NCBI GenBank assembly: GCA_963814375.1
Contig: CAWFCQ010000004.1
Coordinates: 352,001 to 416,000 of the forward strand
DNA length: 64,000 nt
Direction: 5' to 3'
DNA from: an uncultured Chloroflexia bacterium
Lineage (GTDB): Bacteria; Chloroflexota; Limnocylindria; QHBO01
In this document: in pieces, positions 59,144 to 64,000 of the stretch
Numbering within the stretch: position 1 is the first letter of the stretch
How the letters are laid out: every line of letters begins with the position of its first letter
Position numbers and translations under genes: made by a program
Notes under the pieces: generated by a model
Seen by the model: the letters and a program-made list of their open reading frames with translations, nothing else
Told to the model about the DNA's origin: nothing
Databases searched by the model: none

Positions 59144-59689
59144 ATGAAATACTTCGATCGAACATCGGATGTGCGGCAGGCGGCCGCCGGAGAAAGCCGC
59201 GGTCCGTCGTGGCTGGGTGCCTCGGTGATCGGCATCGGCGCCGGCCTCGCCGGTGCGCTTGCCGCGTACCTGGCAGATCCCGCTCAGGGACGTGGCCGGC
59301 GCGCCCGCATCGGCGACCAGGCCGCGGCGACGATTCGCCGAGCGGGAAAGACCGCCGAGCACTCTGCCCGTGGCATCGGCGCCATCGTGAGCGGGAAGCT
59401 CGAGGCGTTGACCGAGGGCGGCACGCGGGTCGGACCGATCGACGACGTGACCCTTCGTGACCGCGCCGAGACCACGCTCTTCCGCGACGCAGCCGTCCCG
59501 AAGGGGATGATCAACCTGAGTGTCGAGCGCGGGACGCTCGTGCTTCGCGGCGAGGTGCCGGATCACCAGATGAGAGAACGTCTCGAGAAGCAGGCCGAGA
59601 AGATCGACGGGCTGTGGGGCGTTCGCAACCTGCTCCACCTTCCCGGAGAGCCAGCGCCGACGGAAGTCGAGGCCGTAGCGACCTCCTAG
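59144..59689 (+). CDS. BON domain protein with YtxH-like N-terminus
   Basis: Hydrophobic segment then YLADPAQGRGRRAR; DDVTLRDR, G.LVLRGEV, G..GVRNLL. Confidence 0.8.
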   Translation: MKYFDRTSDVRQAAAGESRGPSWLGASVIGIGAGLAGALAAYLADPAQGRGRRARIGDQAAATIRRAGKTAEHSARGIGAIVSGKLEALTEGGTRVGPIDDVTLRDRAETTLFRDAAVPKGMINLSVERGTLVLRGEVPDHQMRERLEKQAEKIDGLWGVRNLLHLPGEPAPTEVEAVATS

Positions 59690-60642
59690 CGCGGCACTTC
59701 CTCGGGCCGGCCTCCTCCGACGATGACGTGCTCCCGTGGGAGCCCGCGGCGCCACGCCTCGGCAGGCATCGCCGAGCGGCCCTCAGGCTGGACGATCTCG
59801 AGCGCGAGCGCCCCTGCCCCGCACGCGACGCACGGAATCTCGCCCGGCAGGAGAGCGCCGATCGGCACGTCGTCGATCCCCGCGAGCGGGTGGGCACGCC
59901 GAACGTGCAGCCGGCGGCCGTCGACAGTGGTCCAGGCGCCGGGCCACGGCTGAAGCGCCCGCACCTGGCGGTCGATCTCCACGGCGGGCCGTCGCCAGTC
60001 GATCCACCCGTCGGCCCGGGTGAATGGATGGATGTGGGTGGCGCCCTTCTCGTCCTGCGGCGCACCGGTCAGCTCGCCGGCCGCCCATCGGCTCAGCTCC
60101 GGCGGCACCACCTCGACGGCAAGGTCCGCCAGCTGCGCCTCGAGCTCCGGTGTCGTCTCGCGCCCCGTGAGCGGAACCGGCCAGCGCTTGAGGATCGGGC
60201 CGGCGTCGAGCTCGGCCGTCATCTCCATGAGGGTGACGCCGCCCTCCGCGTCCCCGGCCAGGATGGTGCCCGCAACCGGCGCGGCGCCGCGATGGCGGGG
60301 CAGGAGCGACGGGTGGACGTTGAGCGGTGCGCGGCTCCCGAGCGCCAGGAGGTCGTCCGGGATGAGCTGCCCGTACGCGACGAGGATTAGGCCATCGGGT
60401 CGAAAGTCGGCAATCGCGGCGCGCGCGTCGGTGGAACGGACGCGGACCGGCGTCAGCACGCGCAGGCCCCGCTCTCGGGCGCGCATGGCGATCGGCGTGG
60501 CCCGCATCTGGAGCCGCCGACCGGCCGGCCGGTCGGGTTGGCTGACGACGAGGAGCTCATCCGCCATCTCCGCGATGCGACCGAGCAGCGGGACGCCGAA
60601 GGCCCCGGTCCCGAGGAAGGCGATCCGTCCGAGCCGACCCAC
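59686..60642 (-). CDS. fmt: Methionyl-tRNA formyltransferase
   Basis: FLGT..F, QPDRPAGR, VAYG, NVHPSLLPRHRGAAP, LDAG, RALQPWPGA. Confidence 0.95.
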   Translation of the reverse strand: MGRLGRIAFLGTGAFGVPLLGRIAEMADELLVVSQPDRPAGRRLQMRATPIAMRARERGLRVLTPVRVRSTDARAAIADFRPDGLILVAYGQLIPDDLLALGSRAPLNVHPSLLPRHRGAAPVAGTILAGDAEGGVTLMEMTAELDAGPILKRWPVPLTGRETTPELEAQLADLAVEVVPPELSRWAAGELTGAPQDEKGATHIHPFTRADGWIDWRRPAVEIDRQVRALQPWPGAWTTVDGRRLHVRRAHPLAGIDDVPIGALLPGEIPCVACGAGALALEIVQPEGRSAMPAEAWRRGLPREHVIVGGGRPEEVPR

Positions 60643-61151
60643 TAGATCCCGGCAGCCGTCTCTTCGGTGACCTCGTCATGGGCCTCGCTCACGCGAACCA
60701 TCTCGTCCTCCAGCGAGTCGAGGTAGTCGACGTACAGGTGCCCGTTGAGATGGTCGATCTCGTGCTGGAGCGCGCGCGAAAAGAGCTCCTCGCCCTTCAC
60801 GCGAAACTCGCGGCCGTGCCGATCCCGCGCCTTGACGGTGACCTTCGCCTGCCGCCCCACCTCCGCCACGTAGCCGGGGATCGAGAGGCACCCCTCCCAG
60901 TCCACCTGCTCGCCCGAGCCCTTGACGATCTGCGGGTTGACGAGCTCGGTGATGCGTCCCTCGATCTCGATCACGGCGACCTGGAGTGGCACGCCGATCT
61001 GGTTCGCGGCGAGCCCGATGCCCGGAGCGTCGCGCATCGTCACGAGCATGTCGTCGAGCAGCCGATGCAGGCTCGCATCGAAGGTCGAGACACGCTTGGC
61101 GCGCTCGCGCAGGATCGGCTGTGCAGCCGTCAGGATGGGCCGGATCGACAT
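60642..61151 (-). CDS. def: Peptide deformylase
   Basis: GIGLAANQ, EGCLS, QHEIDHL. Confidence 0.96.
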   Translation of the reverse strand: MSIRPILTAAQPILRERAKRVSTFDASLHRLLDDMLVTMRDAPGIGLAANQIGVPLQVAVIEIEGRITELVNPQIVKGSGEQVDWEGCLSIPGYVAEVGRQAKVTVKARDRHGREFRVKGEELFSRALQHEIDHLNGHLYVDYLDSLEDEMVRVSEAHDEVTEETAAGI

Positions 61152-61171
61152 GGCGCTCGGCATTGTACCGA

Positions 61172-63523
61172 TCAGAGCAGCGACTCGGGATCGACGTCGA
61201 TGGCGACCCCGGATGGCACGTTTTCCAGCGCTTCGGCACGCGCGGCCGCGTCCGGCGCGCGAATGACGACCTGGAACCGATAGCGTCCGGCCCGCCGCGG
61301 CACGTACGCCGGCAGCGGCCCGAGAACCTCCACGCCCGTCGCGGCCAGCGAGTCCGCGGCGCGGCGGCCGCGCTCCTCCGCGCGGCCGCGATCCGCATCG
61401 GCGACCAGCAGGCGGGCCATGACGCTGAACGGCGGATAGCCCAGCAACCGCCGGCGGAGGAGCTCCTCGTCCGCGAAGCCATCGACATCGAGCGCGGCTG
61501 CGGCCCTTACCGCGTAGTGGCCGGGAGCGTAGCTCTGGATCAGGACGCGACCCGGCATCGGCCCGCGCCCGGCGCGACCAGCGACCTGCGCGAGCAGCTG
61601 GAAGGTGCGCTCGGGGGCCCGATAGTCGGGCAGGTTGAGCGTGACGTCTGCCGCCACCACCGAGGCCAGCGTGACCGACGCCAGGTCGAGCCCCTTCGCG
61701 GCGAGCTGGGTGCCCACCAGCACATCGATCCGACCCTCGCGGAACTCGTCATACACCGACTCGAACCCGCGTCGCGCCGCGATCGCGTCGGTGTCGAGGC
61801 GGCCGACCCGCAGCCTCGGGAACCGCGTGCGCAGCTCGGCCTCGACGCGTTGCGTCCCCGCGCCGAAGTATCGGATGCGAGCACTGCCACAGGCGGGGCA
61901 GCGCTCGGTGGGTACCGACGCCCGCCCGCAGTGATGACAGCGGAGCCTGCCTCCGTCCAGGTGATAGACGAACGGCAGCTCGCAGTCCGGGCAGCGCAGG
62001 CTCTCGCCGCAGTCGCGGCACAGGATGAAGGTCGCCGCCCCCCTCCGATTGATGAGCAGGACCGCCTGCTCGCTCCCCGCTCTCAGCGAGCCGAGCGCCT
62101 CCGCCAGCGGCCGCGAGAAGATGGACCGATTGCCCTCCGCCAGCTCCGCGCGCAGGTCGACGATCTCGATCTCAGGGATGCCCCCAACACGCCGCTCGGT
62201 GAGCCTGGCTCGCTCCGCATGACCGCCGCGGACGCGGGCGACCGTCACCAGGTCGGGCGTCGCGCTTCCCAGCACCAGCCGCGCCCCGGTCAGGGCCGCG
62301 CGACGACGCGCCACCCAGCGCGCCTCGTAGCGTGGGGTGCGATCCGACTTGTAGCCCCCGTCGTGCTCCTCGTCGATGACGATGAGGGACGGCCGCATTG
62401 GAGCGAAGACGGCCGTCCGCGTCCCCACCACCACCCGCGCCTCGCCCCGCACGACGCGCGACCACTCGTCATGGCGCTCCCCTGCCGAGAGGCCCGAATG
62501 CAGCACCGCGAGCTGATCGCCGACGATCGCGCGCACCCGGTCGCTCAGCTGCGGAACGAGGCTGACCTCCGGAACCAGCACGATCGCCGATCCGCCGTCG
62601 GCGAGCGCCTCCTGGATGGCGGCGAGGTAGACATCGGTCTTGCCCGACGCAGCCACGCCCTCGAGCAACAGCTCCTGCCCCGGCGCCATCCGCGTGATGG
62701 CGTCGAGCGCAGCGACCTGCTCGGCCGCCAGGTCGTGGCGCATCGGCACCAGAGACGGCCGGTGTGCGAGCGGGTCGCGGTCGACCGTGCGCCAACCGAG
62801 CTCCACGCGGCCGAGGGTCTCGAGCCGCCGTGCAGGCGCAAGGAGCGTGGCGGGCTCGACGCCGAGCATCTCCGCGACCTCCGGCATGGTCCGCTCACCG
62901 CCCTCCAGCGCCTCCAGGATGGCGCGCTGGACCGGCGCGCGCCGCGGTGGCTCACCGTCGCCATCGAGCGCGCGGACGATGCGGACGCGACGGGCGGACA
63001 CCTCCGGCGGACGCAGCGACCACTCGGCGCGCAGCGCGCCGCCGCGCCGCAGGCGCTCGAGCCATCCGGCGCGGCCGCCCCTCGGGGCGCGCCGCAGGAG
63101 CGCCGCATCGCTGATCTCGGCTCCGTCGCCGGCGAGGTCGGCCAGCTCGGGCGGCAGGCGGGCCGCGTCGACCACGAACCAGCGGCGCAGGAGCCGCGAC
63201 TCGAGACCGGGTGGCAGCATCGCCGCCAGCGTCGTCCCGATCGGAGCTCGGTAGTAGACGGCGATCTCGGTCGCGAGGTCGAGCAGCTCGCCGGTGAGCA
63301 TCGGCTCCGACACGACCGCCTCGACATCCTTCAGCTCTGCCCCGGGCTCCGGTTCACCATCGAGGAGGTAGCCGAGTGCCAGGCGCCGTCCGTATGGCAC
63401 CAGCAGCAGCGAGCCCGGCGCGACGTCACCGAGGGCGGCGGGCAGGAGGTAGGTGAAGGTGCGCTCGGGTCGGTCGGCGACGGCCTCGACCGCGACGCGC
63501 ACCGGCCGGCCGCCGGCGGTCAC
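61172..63523 (-). CDS. priA: Primosomal protein N'
   Basis: GVAASGKT, LVPEVSL, DEEHD, SATP, four CxxC pairs, QVAGRAGR, DVDP. Confidence 0.95.
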   Translation of the reverse strand: MTAGGRPVRVAVEAVADRPERTFTYLLPAALGDVAPGSLLLVPYGRRLALGYLLDGEPEPGAELKDVEAVVSEPMLTGELLDLATEIAVYYRAPIGTTLAAMLPPGLESRLLRRWFVVDAARLPPELADLAGDGAEISDAALLRRAPRGGRAGWLERLRRGGALRAEWSLRPPEVSARRVRIVRALDGDGEPPRRAPVQRAILEALEGGERTMPEVAEMLGVEPATLLAPARRLETLGRVELGWRTVDRDPLAHRPSLVPMRHDLAAEQVAALDAITRMAPGQELLLEGVAASGKTDVYLAAIQEALADGGSAIVLVPEVSLVPQLSDRVRAIVGDQLAVLHSGLSAGERHDEWSRVVRGEARVVVGTRTAVFAPMRPSLIVIDEEHDGGYKSDRTPRYEARWVARRRAALTGARLVLGSATPDLVTVARVRGGHAERARLTERRVGGIPEIEIVDLRAELAEGNRSIFSRPLAEALGSLRAGSEQAVLLINRRGAATFILCRDCGESLRCPDCELPFVYHLDGGRLRCHHCGRASVPTERCPACGSARIRYFGAGTQRVEAELRTRFPRLRVGRLDTDAIAARRGFESVYDEFREGRIDVLVGTQLAAKGLDLASVTLASVVAADVTLNLPDYRAPERTFQLLAQVAGRAGRGPMPGRVLIQSYAPGHYAVRAAAALDVDGFADEELLRRRLLGYPPFSVMARLLVADADRGRAEERGRRAADSLAATGVEVLGPLPAYVPRRAGRYRFQVVIRAPDAAARAEALENVPSGVAIDVDPESLL

Positions 63524-63533
63524 CTGGGGATCC

Positions 63534-64000
63534 TCAGACTCGCGGGCGGCGGGGAGGGTCGCGGCGGGCCTCGGCCTGGATGATCTCCCAGATGCGCTCG
63601 GCGGCCTGCTCGGGCCGCCCGGTCTCATTGACGACGACATGGTCGTAGTCGCCCGCCTCCGCCATCCAGCGCTCGGCGTCTCGCCGGCGTCGCGCGAGGC
63701 TCGCCTCCGACTCCGAGCCGCGTGCCTTCAGCCGCTCGGTCAGGTCCTCCATCGACGGCGGCATGACGAAGATGAGCAGCGCGTCCGGGACCTGCTGCCG
63801 CACGCTGCGCGCTCCCTCGGGGCTGATGGTGAGGATCGCGTCGCGGCCGGCGGCGAGGATGCCGCGCACCTGGTCGACGGGGGTCCCGTACCAGTGACCG
63901 TGGTTGTCGGCGTGCTCGAGCAACCCGTCGCGCTCGATGAGCTCCTTGAACTCGTCATCGCTGAGGAAGTGGTAGTGGACGCCGTCGATCTCCCCGTTCC
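63534..64000 (-). CDS. gmk: Guanylate kinase (5'-truncated by window edge)
   Basis: GEIDGVHYHFLS, WYGTP, FVMPPS, RL..RGSE, YDHVVVN. Confidence 0.92.
   Translation of the reverse strand, partial: NGEIDGVHYHFLSDDEFKELIERDGLLEHADNHGHWYGTPVDQVRGILAAGRDAILTISPEGARSVRQQVPDALLIFVMPPSMEDLTERLKARGSESEASLARRRRDAERWMAEAGDYDHVVVNETGRPEQAAERIWEIIQAEARRDPPRRPRV

Noticed and set aside
755-63560. GGGNAGGG (KOPS) polarity as support for the dif site
   Set aside because: Instances seen by eye occur in both orientations on both sides; not informative without a count
1-64000. tRNA, rRNA, SRP RNA, prophage or IS elements
   Set aside because: No cloverleaf or T-loop signatures, rRNA-like tracts, integrase or transposase motifs seen; intergenic gaps are short

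Overview
High-GC (about 70% by eye) bacterial chromosomal window made almost entirely of housekeeping genes. The gene order is monoderm-type; a Chloroflexota-like lineage is my inference only. Up to about 5 kb most genes are on the + strand (miaA, hflX, a DUF6624-SPOUT fusion). From there nearly all genes are on the - strand: murC, cinA, yajQ, rodZ-like, ftsK, rnj, udg, pnp, rpsO, ribF, truB, nrnA, rbfA, infB, ylxR, nusA, rseP, dxr, cdsA, uppS, frr, pyrH, tsf, rpsB, yraN, rnhB, rplS, trmD, rimM, khpA, rpsP, ffh, ftsY, smc, rnc, acpP, nusB, plsX, rpmF, yceD, coaD, rsmD, recG, dtd, rpe, rlmN, fmt, def, priA, gmk. The most striking feature is a PNPase (877 aa) carrying a complete, apparently active DEDDh (DnaQ/RNase T-like) 3'-5' exonuclease domain inserted in frame between its two RNase PH domains. 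Other notable points: a 28-bp dif-like site where gene orientation converges; an RNase HII with altered catalytic and GRG motifs; two genes that seem to need non-canonical starts (ACG, CTG); several apparently leaderless genes; structured leaders for nusA, rpsB and pnp; and four single-base frameshifts (cinA, rodZ, cdsA, trmD) that are probably assembly errors. I saw no tRNA, rRNA, CRISPR array or transposase.
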